Assembly: GCA_963693365.1 (NCBI GenBank)
Contig: CAVNZM010000003.1
Span: 1,027,506 to 1,091,505, forward strand
Direction: 5' to 3'
DNA: 64,000 bases
Origin: Amoebidium appalachense
Lineage: Eukaryota > Protista > Ichthyosporea
Shown here: positions 27,750 to 39,665 of the stretch, piece by piece
Position numbering within the stretch: position 1 is the stretch's first letter
Layout: each line of letters opens with the position of its first letter
Translations under genes and position numbers: made by a program
Notes under the pieces: generated by a model
What the model saw: the letters and a program-made list of their open reading frames with translations, nothing else
Told to the model about the DNA's origin: nothing
Databases searched by the model: none

Positions 27750-27909
27750 GGGGGACAGGGGAGGGGGGTTGATTGGTCCATGGGAGTTTGTTGTAGGCCC
27801 TGTTTATTAGGCCTTTCGGGTCAAGCAAGCGCATCACACCAATCATAATGCACATAAAACCACTCCGGTCTGACCCCCGACCCGGAAACCTAAAAGACAC
27901 TCCCTTTAA

Positions 27910-27943
<34 letters not shown>

Positions 27944-29214
27944 CGTGCGTGCGCGCGTGTGTGTGCGCGCACACTTGCGTGCGTGTGTGTGTATGTGTGT
28001 ATCCTCGACTTGTGTTGGTGGTTGTGGTGGGTTGGGTTCCTGAAAATTGTCTCTTAGCCTGCACTCAACATTAAACTGGAACCTAAGAGGACGGACAAAG
28101 AGGAATGGGGACAGGGGTGGCAGGCGCGGGGGGGGGGGGGGGGGGGGGGGGGGAGGGGAGGAGAGGGGGAGGGAGGGAGGGAGGGGTGGAGGGCAAGGGG
28201 GGGGGCTTACGCCGATAGACCATTCTGGCATAGTGACAACATGTGTTCAAGTGCTTGGAGGTGGTCGGGACGGAGGACCGGGGAGGTGAGGAGGGAGTTT
28301 GCACGTGAGTGCACGGACTCAAGTTGGTTGATTGCTTGGGTGGTAGGGGGAGATGGTGCCCCTGCATAAAAACATGGGAATGAGCGTGTAACATGAAACA
28401 TAAGTTTGCATGTGCGAGCAAACATACATGCTGTCTGTGTTGAGTAGAAGAATTCGATGGAGTTGAGTGGTCTTGGGGGGTTCAAGAATTCAAGATGATG
28501 ATCAGGGATTTCGGCGTAAAAGCATGGCATCAGTGTGGATCAATAGATTGCATTGCACGCACCAGGTGTCTGGTGGAGTAGAAGCAGTGATGGAGGTGGG
28601 AGGCACTTTGGTGTTAGAAAAACTGAACTGGGTTGAAATCTGTAAACGAATTGATGGCTAGCAGACGGGCAGGGAAGATTCACGCAGAGTATGCATAATA
28701 ACTTCTTGTTACTCACTCATGCCATGCTTTTACACAGAAACCCCTACTGATCTTGTAAACTTATTGAACCCTCAAAAAACTCTTCTTCCCTTCCCCTCTC
28801 TATCCAATTCAAACACCACGTGTGATCACAATCGCCGTCTCATGTTAGGTGTGCGTGCAAGTGTTTGTTCGCCCGCTTAGGCATTCAAGTGTGCGTGTCC
28901 ATGCGAATGTCGAGTTTGTGCGGCTGTGTGCGTCTCTGCGAGCGTTTGCGTGTTTAAAACATGCTTGCTTTTGTGCACACCGGTGTCTTGAGCAAGACAG
29001 GTTTATTGCCCAAGAAAACATGTGTAACTGAATCTTGAGCCAGATAAAGTCAAGGTATACAGAGACAAAAACGGAGAGACTTTAATGGTCGCCAACTTCA
29101 GGCTGAAATATGTTAACGGTAAAGCTATATAGCTAAAAAATGAGGGGAGGAGGTTTGCGAGAGGCGAAAGGTACCACAAACTGGGAAAAGGTAGGAGTTC
29201 AGTACAGAGTGTAG

Positions 29215-29291
<77 letters not shown>

Positions 29292-29327
29292 GGTACCATC
29301 TTGTGGCAAATTTGTGCCTGCCTCCAT
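20601..29327 (-). CDS. F-box and leucine-rich repeat protein (~660-700 aa)
   Basis: In-phase exons 29297-29327, 28211-28361, 27448-27673 (F-box [16 protein letters not shown]...[10 protein letters not shown]), 25928-26630, 24719-25030, 23318-23401, 22323-22441, then 21500 running to the stop at 21147, or spliced at 21167 to a last exon 20601-20731. LRRs such as [38 protein letters not shown]. The 3' end is ambiguous. Confidence 0.82.
23411..23751. repeat. Minisatellite, 34-bp unit x10, intronic
   Basis: Unit AAGGCACATTGAGCCTTAAACGTGTTGTTGAATC, near-identical copies, no spacers. Confidence 0.95.
23767..23919. repeat. Tandem repeat, 50-bp unit x3, intronic
   Basis: ACCGTACCTCTTTAAGGGCATAAGGATGATAAATGCAAGAGCATTAACAA at 23771, 23821, 23871. 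Confidence 0.93.
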
Positions 29328-30111
29328 TTTTTTTAGCTATACGCTCACGGTCTCCCGCACTTCGATATGTTGCATAAGCTTAGGAGGACAAGTATTAGGA
29401 GCCTTCATCACATCAAAAACTAAACTGCTATTGGATCTAAAATAAAAGGAAGCCAACCCTAGAACCGAGCTTCCTCCACCCCAAACAAAAACCCAAAGCT
29501 ATAGAGGTGCGGGGGAAGAGAAAATCAGTAGAGAGAGAGAGAGTTTTTTTCATCAAGCCTAACTTGGCGACTATGTAGCCATCGATGGTCTGTGTGACGG
29601 CGCGGGTGGAGGACGGGGTGTACGCTGCTGTAATTATAAACGTTTGACGTTGATTTTCTTTCAAAAAAAAAAAAAAAATTTTTTTTTAAACTTGACGCGG
29701 ATGGCTCAGCGTTTTATAATCTTAACCACGGACATGATACACTCTCCACCAATCATATCGTTTATAGGGTGCGCATCTTATACGTGGCCACATCAACTGT
29801 GGCCTTCCGGCAAGGGCTGAAGGGGGAGGAGGGAGGGAAGAAGGGAGGAACGGAGAGGGACGGGCGGTTGGCGAGAGATAGGGAGGGAGGGAGGGAGGGA
29901 GGGAGGGAGGGAGGGAGATAGAGCTGCTGGCTAGGCGACAAGTCCAGTCTGCACAGACTCGCTGGTGAGTGAAAGAGTTGTTAAGCTGGTGCTTCAGGAA
30001 ACGTTAACTATGAAATTTGTTAGAATTAGTGACTCTGACACCTAAAACTGCGTTGTTATACTTTTAGTATCAGGCTTGCCAGACGGCCCATGCAAGTTCT
30101 AACTCGGCTGC

Positions 30112-30144
<33 letters not shown>

Positions 30145-30757
30145 TTCCCCCGCGGCCGCCCCCGTCCCTGTGCTCGTCAACAAACGCACACAGATCTTAC
30201 AAAACACGTTTACATGTGCACTCACTGGCAGGCCCACAGGCCCAAGCACAATTGCACATACACGGACAGAAGACGGGCTTACAAAAATTTGGGCACACAG
30301 GCATCCAGATAATCAGGGTTCAACACATAGCCGAGCGCACACACACTCACCAAACACACTTATGCCCAAAACCACTTCTACACCCACACCTGCACCCATA
30401 CACGCACAACCACATCAACCTACCCCCCTCCCCTCCCCCCCCCCCCTTCCCCCCCCCCCCCACCCCCCCCCCCCCCACACACACACGCACCCACCCTCGC
30501 CCACACCCCTACCTATACCCACAGCATCCCCACAAACCCACCAACCCACCCAAATCCCCCCCCCCCACTCCCCCCCCCCACACACACACACACTCAGATG
30601 GAACCACGGTACCACCTACATGTAACGTCACTACTTGCTGCATTGGAGTGGCCCCGCTGGTGGGCGCGGTGTAAGGGGCCGTGGCCTGTGTGGCGTCGGC
30701 AGGGACAAAGGTGAATATGAGACACACGGACCGGCACACATACGTTGACACACGCAC

Positions 30758-30799
<42 letters not shown>

Positions 30800-30816
30800 T
30801 CACGCACACACACACG

Positions 30817-30849
<33 letters not shown>

Positions 30850-31801
30850 GGACAGGCACACCCACGAACAGGCACATGCGCGCGCACACACACTCACGTG
30901 CCACGTACTCACAGATAGGAAGACGAGGGAGAAAAGAAGACAGCAAGGAGGGGAAGGAGGAGGAGGGGAGGGGATGGGGGAGAAGGGGGAAGAGAGATAG
31001 AGGGGGGAGGCGCCGGGGGAGGGGGGGGGGGGGGGGAGGGTAGCGGGAGGGAGACACACACACACAGAGAGAGAGAGAAAGAGAGAGAGAGAGTGCAAGG
31101 GAGTGTGAATGGGGAGAGAGGGCGGAAGAGGAGGGGGGGAGGGGGGGAAGGAGGGAGGGAGGGAGGTAAAGAAGGTTGGGGAGAGCGAGGGATGAGGGGA
31201 GGAAGGGACGGAGGGGAAAAAAAAAGGTGCACACGCAATTGCCGGAACACACCGTACCGAAAATAGGTACACCACACGTGGCTGTTGTGGCGTGTGTGCC
31301 CCTGCACTCTTTTTATGGATGTGTTTGATGATGATATGGAGGTTGAAGAGGTGTGTGCCTGTAGCCACGTTTCGCCCTCACCACAGTTGCAGCGGGTGTG
31401 AAAGACTAAAGCGAATGTGAATGACGATATCTTATGAGCTATCCAAAGGTCTTTGCAATGCTTATGTGTTTTCATGTTTGCATATCTTCATTGTCTGTTT
31501 GTGCTTCTAAAGAATGTGCACCTTTAAGGAAACACATTCTAACCTCCCCCCCCCCCCCCCCCCCCAGGGCCTCCCCCACTCCCCCCCACCCCCTCCCCCC
31601 ACACCCCCAAAAGAGTTGCTTATTACATCATATACCCCCCCCCCCCCCCCCCCCCCCTCCTCCCCACCCCCCACCTAGCTACCGTACTTGGTCTACCGGG
31701 GCCTAGTTGGTGTTTGGGGTCCAGGGATGCTTGCCGAGCGCATCTGCTGCATTCTGCATTACCACCTGCTCAACACCGCACTCATGCTGGCTGTATGTCG
31801 A

Positions 31802-31839
<38 letters not shown>

Positions 31840-31962
31840 ACACACACACAACATCCTCCACTCCCGCCCTACGCATGCACCTGCTACCCAATACCCCGTG
31901 CATGCATTGTCTCACGCCCCCCCCCCCCCCCCCCCCCCCCCTCTCTCCCCCCCCACCCCTTT

Positions 31963-32380
31963 CTCCCAAGCATTGCCAAGCTCCCTTTCAACACCTTCAT
32001 TGAGAAATACCAAGATGAAGCCTCACAGACAAGGGCAAGTTTTTATCTGTCAATCTCATTTAATGCGAAAATTCTGACCTGATATGTCACAAGCATGGGC
32101 AAGTTATATCTCAATCTTGCAAATCGCGGAAAGTTGCGGAAGATTCATTGTGACATGTCTCACAGGCATTGGCAAGTTGCCATTCAATTGGATCCTTCAT
32201 TGCAGAATTTCAACCTAAAAGCTCGTAGAATTTGGCAAGTTTTCATGCAATCTCCTTACTTTGTTGTGTAAATTCTGGCCGGAAAACTCACAGGCATGGG
32301 CAAGTTATCATCCAATCTTCGAATTCCTTATTGCTAAAATTCTTACCCATTATCTGACAGGCGCCGGCATTGGCAAGTTA
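31963..32380. repeat. Diverged ~60-75 bp periodic array, 7 units with conserved core TCACAGGCATKGGCAAGTT
   Basis: Core visible near 31963, 32023, 32087, 32160, 32223, 32288, 32355. Confidence 0.75.
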
Positions 32381-32477
32381 TTTTTCCATTTCATGAATTG
32401 GGGGTTTGCTGTTTGGAGCCCGCACTGGCACTCTCAGCCCATACCACACCCCTCAGCCCCCCCCCCCCCCCCCCCCC

Positions 32478-32523
<46 letters not shown>

Positions 32524-32537
32524 ACACACACAAAACA

Positions 32538-32576
<39 letters not shown>

Positions 32577-33108
32577 ATACCATGCATGATGTAAATATGC
32601 GTGTGTGTCGAGTGCTGGGCACCTCATGCCGGTGACTCTCCGAACCCTACCCTTCGCTTTTTGCCAATTGTTCGTGCAACCCTTCCACCCCCCTCCCCCC
32701 CCCCCCCCCCCCCCCCCCGCCAAAGCTATAAAGCCCCCCCCCCCCTCCCCCTTTGCTTTTTATCCCTCTTTTCAAAACTCATCACTCAGTTCATTCTGGA
32801 ACGTATGTATCCATAATCGCCTAATATGGCTACCTCACCACGCACACTACTGGTCCACACACGTCTTGCTTTCCCAATTAATATTGGCAGTCCCTTCACA
32901 GTTACCCCCTATGGTCAATGTCCTAAGTCACTATAAAAGGCTACATTTTCACTCCTGCCATTGGCTCACATATTGCCATTCCCCAGACGTGCCTTTAAGC
33001 CCGCCCTAGTGTGACTACTTCATGGCACCAGCACGGTTGATTTTATGGTCCGGCACGGTTATCCAATCGAACAGCATACTGGATACACACCCATATGACC
33101 CCCCCCCC

Positions 33109-33139
<31 letters not shown>

Positions 33140-33210
33140 ACACACACACATACGTATACACACACAGACACACAGACACGCGCATGTGGGCACGCACACA
33201 CACACGCGCG

Positions 33211-33273
<63 letters not shown>

Positions 33274-34223
33274 CTGCTACTTGATGGTTTCGGACAATGA
33301 AAAACATTCACTTACCCTCCCTTTAGTTTTTGTTTTTACGTTTGTGGTTTACTAAATGGGAGTTTCCCGTTGCACAAAGGCTTTGAGGCGTTAACTTGTG
33401 AATGGTAGGTGTCACAGTAGGTAAGCTTGATTCGACTGTACGAAGGACAGGTAGATTGTAAAAAGGAAATGTAAATGTCATTGTGAGTGTAGTTCGGTAG
33501 CGGACGGCCTCTATATATTAGATGCCAGGCTCTTGTGTAGGTTCAGTAGAGATAAGGCATGCGTCTTGTTCAAGTTGTGCAATATCGGCCCATGTGCATG
33601 TGCATGTCGTGAGAAAAGTCTATTCAGTACAATTAGGTTTTGTTATTGCATAGTGGTTTAGTAGTTTATTATTCATGTTCTGTAACAGTTACATGTGCGA
33701 GGATGTATAATCATGCATATACATAAAATCTTTCTTACGGATTTTGCAGTTTTAACCCCTTCTTGTGATATTGCTTGGAAATGTTTGTTTTGCTGTTGTA
33801 ACCTTTGTTTTCATAACTGTGCCACTTTTGTGCCGAGCCTTTTTCTCGTAAACATTTAGATAGATGTATTTATTTATCTCAGATTATCCCGCTGGAAGTT
33901 AGAAGAGTGGCGTATTTAGATAATCCTGATATTACGTCTATAGACTATATGTTAAATCATCGTATGTTTAAAGGGTTCTTTCAGGTGTATGATCATTTAA
34001 GTCGTTAATTTCTCCGTACCTCAGAGTAGAGTAACCTATTCTTGTATCTTCTCACTGAGTTATCTGTGACATCTCGGTTGCTTCTTTTTTGATGAGAACG
34101 TCCATAAAGTCATTGAAAACATTCTTAGTGATATAGATAGGCTATCCACCAAAGTGCCACTAGTCCTTATCAGATATCTTCGGTGTACGTTGGAGCAAAA
34201 TTTTAAAACCGTAATTACGGTTT

Positions 34224-34556
34224 TTTCTTTTGACTGACTTTATTCAACAGATAGAGGTGCAAGCATGCGCGGCATACCGCTTTTTGTTGAAGGCAACGAT
34301 AAAGAATTATTTAAAAAATCTACGAGTTAGCCGAAAACAAAAGATACATGAACAGAACACTATGAAAATATACGGATGCATATATGTTCAACGTGAAGAC
34401 GAACAAAATCGAGAAAAAAAAACTGAAATATTTCCATTTCCTGCTAACGTAGCAGACACACGTAGGGAGAGAGGCAATATTTGACACAAAAACCCACACC
34501 AATTTACAAGTGCATACTTGTATATCTTTCTGTTGAATAAATCCAGTCAAAAGAAA
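34224..34556. mobile_element. Old MITE-like element with ~45-bp imperfect inverted termini
   Basis: TTTCTTTTGACTGACTTTATTCAACAGATAGAGGTGCAAGCATGC (34224-34268) versus the reverse complement of 34512-34556, TTTCTTTTGACTGGATTTATTCAACAGAAAGATATACAAGTATGC; no clear TSD. Confidence 0.55.
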
Positions 34557-34748
34557 TTTTTTTTAACAAGCTTTCGATCAAAAACATTAGCGGCGATGAA
34601 ACAAAAAAAAAACTCATGTACAGCGCCCCTGCTGTATCACTTCCCATGCAATATCTGCATCAGAGCACCAACCCGCTAGGAATGTACCTATACGAACAGC
34701 ATGAAAAATGCATCCTGCCAGAGTCCCTCAAAGAACGGGAATAATCAA

Positions 34749-34782
<34 letters not shown>

Positions 34783-35293
34783 ATCTCTGTCTCTACTCCT
34801 CACCCCTCCCCTCCCTCTCACCGCCACCACCATCACTACCCCTAAATTTATTCCCATGTATATAGATAGGGGTAGTGGTGATACACATTTCATAACTTTC
34901 TCAACCCACGCGTACGGTGTGCCCACATTGAAACGCAACAGACCACACACACTTTAAAGTGTGTCCAGACGGATTGGTGAAGTTTTGCTTACTTGGCTAA
35001 AACTCTTGCCACTGTGCTGAGCTTTTTTCCTAGCAGCCTTGGGTAAACAACGTAGTCCTCTGTGCAAAGTGAGGCCAAGGCGCATTGACAAGAGATGTCG
35101 ACGAAAGCTAAAGCAACTTGCACAGGGGCTGGCCATAAAGTTCAAGTTGACGACCCAGGGTTGCGCCAAAAGAAACCTGCAAAGAGAGTAGAACCGAGGA
35201 CATGCGCCTACTTGAACACAACTTCACTGTGTTGCTGAACTCACCTTGGCAGCGCGCTTACGTAGTTGTGTTCCTCTGTGCTCGTGAGGCGGA

Positions 35294-35773
35294 GGTAAAC
35301 AACTGTACACCTGAACTGTACATGTTTACTAAAGAATGTGATCTACTACCACACGATTCGTGCTTTGTCATGAATATCACATAAATATTATGTCCGCACC
35401 AATAGGACTCACTCTGACCTAAGAATTGAACCATATATGGTTCTTCAGCTGCATACCACATAAACGAAGTGAACCAATAAGAGGTTTGCATAAATAGGAC
35501 AAAGGTCTGACTGGCTCGGACCGCACCAGAATCACGAATGGCATGTTGCCACCCGCGCTGGCCGCGGATGAACCAATCCTGGGCCTTGATCCGAAACCTG
35601 GGGGCTATATAAGAAAGCCGTCCCAGTACGGGGATCACATCAGTGAAGTCTGAGACAGACTGAGTCGGCCCATAGTAAAAGCAACCTGGCCGCGTGTGCC
35701 TTTCTACCCGTTCTCTGTCTTTATTTTGATTCAGTTGTACTCTGCCTTATCCTAACTAGTCCAACTGTTTACA
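35294..35773 (+). repeat. 5' LTR
   Basis: GGTAAACA...TGTTTACA; appears identical to the 3' LTR apart from the first base (G instead of T); contains TATATAAG near 35606. Confidence 0.93.
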
Positions 35774-35774
35774 T

Positions 35775-35792
35775 TGGCGACCGCGGCAGGAC
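35775..35792 (+). other. Primer-binding site, probably tRNA-Arg
   Basis: TGGCGACCGCGGCAGGAC 1 nt after the LTR; its reverse complement GTCCTGCCGCGGTCGCCA ends in CCA and matches, from memory, a eukaryotic tRNA-Arg(TCG) 3' end. Confidence 0.8.
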
Positions 35793-37745
35793 ACTGTTAT
35801 ACATTGCCAACTGTTTACATTGGCGACCGCGCAGTTCAAGAATCTCGCATCCTTCGAATCTCACATCTTTCAATCAGTTCAAGAATCTCACATCTTTCAA
35901 TCAGCTCAAGAATCTCCCATGGCCGATCACAATCCTTTTTACCCCGATGATAGGCACATCTTTCCTTGTCCGGCTTAGAATATATACACCGACAAGTTTG
36001 AAGTGGCCAGCCCACCTACACGGAAAGAATTGAAAGCATGTAAAACTTCTTTTGCTACGACACATCAAAAATGTGAAGAAAAACGAATACACAACGAAAC
36101 AACGAATACACGAACAAACGAATAAAGAATTGCTAACGAAGCAATGAACCAACGAAAAACGAACCATCACGAATACGCAATGAAATAAAGAATTAACGAC
36201 AAGCGAATGCATAGAGGAAATACGAAATGAATGCAACACAAAACAAAACAAAGTAACGAAGTTATCAAACGACAAAAAACGAAAAACGAAAGCAAAATGA
36301 AATGGAAATACGAAAATGAAAGAACGAATGCACAACACTGCTTGGGTTGCAATGCACACAGCCCCCTCTATGTTACGAAGAAAAGAAAACCGTTGCCCTT
36401 GCGTGCATTGCGCTATTGCACACTGTCATCGTGTCCATGCCACCGCATGCACGTCCACACTCGCAAGCCAGATGCACGGCCACTTTCAGCACGAATGCAT
36501 TTAAAGAAGAAGATAGTCGCTGTTCCTATAGCATTGAGGACATAAGATCTGAAAGTAGTGTTGCATGCATGCTTCGAATCCCTTGCTGTTGTCGAATACA
36601 GCATGCCCCATAGTTTAGCGCACAGGATGCACAACATGCGCATGAATGTATGCTGGCATGCCTAAACACATTACGAACATATGCCTCATGTATGGCCCTT
36701 CCTGGTGCCATGCCCAAACGAATTTGCACTCTTGGTGCACAGAAGGCATGTTGTTAATAAAGTCGATGCAGAACTTTTGTTCGTGCATGTGAAAGACAAA
36801 CGAAGGTGTGGGGTACGAATTTAATGGTACTTGCCAGTCTGTGGCAATACTGTAACATACGAATTACACTGTCAAGCCTTGCACTAGCTGCCGGCACACC
36901 CCCACCAGAACAAAAGAATGTGGTATGGGCACCGTTCCCTCACAACCCCAGCATACAGTGTCAGTATTTTGGCTGGAAGCCTTTCAGTTTCGAATTACGA
37001 ATACCCTCCTTCACTACTGAAGAAAGTGACGTGGAAGACGAATACGAATACGAATGCAAGGTGTTGTTGACTAACACATCGGACCATCATGTGTATTTAG
37101 GCTTTGGTACGGAGATGACCATGTTATTCCCTTGCAATATGATGACACTGTAACAATTTAGCACGTGCATACCCCACCAATGGGCACATGCGGGAGACAA
37201 CCCCACAAGCTGCCTTATTGGGCACCTCTGCTAAAACGAATATTCTTCTCACGAAGGAACAGAAGAATGCCACGAACACGAACCACACACTCACCAGGCA
37301 GCTACTTACATCTAATGTATGTAAGAAGTAGGGTGTGTGAACGGGGTAACTTCATGAACACCAACACGAAAGAAAGCACAGCACAAAGCAGTTCCACGAA
37401 TACGAATGGTTTTGGTATTCCACACAACGAACAGAACCTACAGTAGGGCCACCTACAAATGAAGCAGAGGATGGGGCACCATCCAGACCTGCACTGGAGG
37501 ATATGAAAACACGAAGCGCGCTCACGAAGTTGCTTACAAAAGAAAGGGCGACTGCGACGACTTTTCTTTTTAGGCCAAGCCTCCAGAAGAATGTATTATG
37601 CCTGGAATCCCCCTGCTCAACGAAAATGGCTGGCAAATGGGATACGAAAACTGCTCACGAATGGAAGCATGTGTTTTCTGAAGGAGGCTTGCTTTGCCTA
37701 CCCTCTTCTTATGAATTATGAACCGGGCTTTTACTGGTTCTGACG

Positions 37746-37886
37746 GGTGATATATTTCTTTATGTCGCCCAACGAAGAACACTTGGGCATTTTTATTCTG
37801 TTTTTCCCAGCTCCGATGATGCAGGGTTAAAGCTGAAAGGAAAGAAGTGCTCTTTGTTCATGAAAGAAGTGGCTTTTCCGGCCATG
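37746..37886 (+). pseudogene. Degenerate reverse transcriptase fragment (gypsy-like)
   Basis: Frameshifted pieces GDIFLY, NEEHLG, DDAGLKLKGKKCSLFMKEVAF resemble the YxDD...EEH...AGLKLxxxKCxF...EVxFLGH block. Confidence 0.65.
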
Positions 37887-38398
37887 GTGACTCGCCTTAC
37901 AGTCTTAAGGTAGAACCGGGATAAGGAGCAGCGGCTAAGCCTTGAAGCTATCCACCACTACCTGAGCTACGAAGTGACCTAAGGCTCGAGTTATATTCAT
38001 TATCGAATGTTTGGTATGATCATTCATCCACACAACCAAATTACTCGCAATTGAAAACGAATCTGCGGGAGTATCCTAAAAAGGAAAAATTCCCAAAAAG
38101 GAAAATACTACTTCTACAGAAAAGCCAAGCACAGAGACGAAGGCTTAGCGAATTATTCGCACGCACACTCTGCAACAATCTTCGCCACGAAAATGAAATC
38201 ACAGAAGAATGCTGCATGAATTTACGTTTTGGCAAATGAAGAAGTGCTCATAGACGTGCACAACTCTATTCCACCGTCCTTGCTCTGTTCTGTTCAGCAG
38301 CTCGGCGCACACAAAATCTCGCTGATGGTTGTTTATCGCCTCTCAGCCTGGTGGTTTGCTTGTCTAACGACACCACCAGGCTCCCGACAAGGGGGGAG

Positions 38399-38878
38399 TG
38401 TAAACAACTGTACACCTGAACTGTACATGTTTACTAAAGAATGTGATCTACTACCACACGATTCGTGCTTTGTCATGAATATCACATAAATATTATGTCC
38501 GCACCAATAGGACTCACTCTGACCTAAGAATTGAACCATATATGGTTCTTCAGCTGCATACCACATAAACGAAGTGAACCAATAAGAGGTTTGCATAAAT
38601 AGGACAAAGGTCTGACTGGCTCGGACCGCACCAGAATCACGAATGGCATGTTGCCACCCGCGCTGGCCGCGGATGAACCAATCCTGGGCCTTGATCCGAA
38701 ACCTGGGGGCTATATAAGAAAGCCGTCCCAGTACGGGGATCACATCAGTGAAGTCTGAGACAGACTGAGTCGGCCCATAGTAAAAGCAACCTGGCCGCGT
38801 GTGCCTTTCTACCCGTTCTCTGTCTTTATTTTGATTCAGTTGTACTCTGCCTTATCCTAACTAGTCCAACTGTTTACA
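38399..38878 (+). repeat. 3' LTR
   Basis: TGTAAACA...TGTTTACA (8-bp inverted termini), directly after the polypurine tract. Confidence 0.95.
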
Positions 38879-39269
38879 GCGGAGGCGAGCTGACGGTCAA
38901 AGAAGTAGCAGAGATCGTTGATGAAGCGACCTGTCCAGGCGCTGGAAAGGATGATGATCGGCAGGGGGAGGTTCCAGACGAGCCCTGCCACGAGAGTAGG
39001 AGGGAAGTAAGGCTCGAAGCCACAAGCCAAAAGGCAGACCTGGCTGGCAGAAGTGTAGTCAGTCTAGTGTAGAGTTGTATCAAAGGAACGATCCAACGAC
39101 AGGTGTGTTACAAGAGAAACGAACTTCTCGAGAGTTTTGGTGACGTTGGGCAAGACGAAAACAGTAAAACGCCTTAAGATTGCCCAGAGACCCCAACAAA
39201 AGAAATAGCAACATACAGACGCTTTCATTAGCACACACAAAGTGGAAGAAAGAAAACTGTCCTTACAAG

Positions 39270-39665
39270 CTGCGTCCGCCTCCATCTGGCGAGTACGTTC
39301 GCGTTGTTCCTCCACCTTACCAACTGCCTCCGCCTCCATCTGTCGAGTACGTTCGCGTTGTTCCTCCACCTTACCAGCTGCCTCCGCCTCCATCTGTCAA
39401 GTACGTTCGCGTTGTTTTTCCGCCTCCGCCTCCATCTTTTGCCTAAGTTCGCGTTGTTCCTCCACCTTACCAGCTGCATCCGCCTCCATCTGTCGAGTAC
39501 GTTCGCGTTGTTTTTCCACCTCCGCCTCCATCTTTTGCCTAAGTTCGCGTTGTTCCTCCACCTTACCAGCTGCATCCGCCTCCATCTCATGTCGAGTACG
39601 TTCGCGTTGTTTTTCCACCTCCGCCTCCATCTTTTGCCTAAGTTCGCGTTGTTCCTCCACCCGGT
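39270..39665 (-). repeat. Coding-type tandem repeat (54-bp and ~39-bp units) encoding VEEQRERTRQMEAEAAGK-like coiled-coil repeats
   Basis: About 8 units; a single unit in the paralogous copy at ~41584-41635. Confidence 0.85.

Larger units (their letters stand above)
35294..38878 (+). mobile_element. Young non-autonomous LTR retroelement (3585 bp) of probable Ty3/gypsy ancestry
   Basis: Two 480-bp LTRs; TSD GCGGA (35289-35293, 38879-38883) confirmed by the empty site in the paralogous copy near 41190; PBS at 35775; polypurine tract AAGGGGGGAG at 38389-38398; no long internal ORF but a reverse-transcriptase remnant at ~37746-37886. Confidence 0.93.

Noticed and set aside
30612-30690. VVTLHVGG resembling the start of a KCTD-type BTB domain on the minus strand
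   Set aside because: No downstream exon continues the domain.
35258-35638. 126/136-aa antisense ORF present twice
   Set aside because: It is duplicated only because it lies in the identical LTRs; there is no ATG start support or recognisable domain.
36683-36790. Possible gag zinc-knuckle and protease remnants
   Set aside because: Several frameshifts and substitutions are needed; too degenerate to call by eye.
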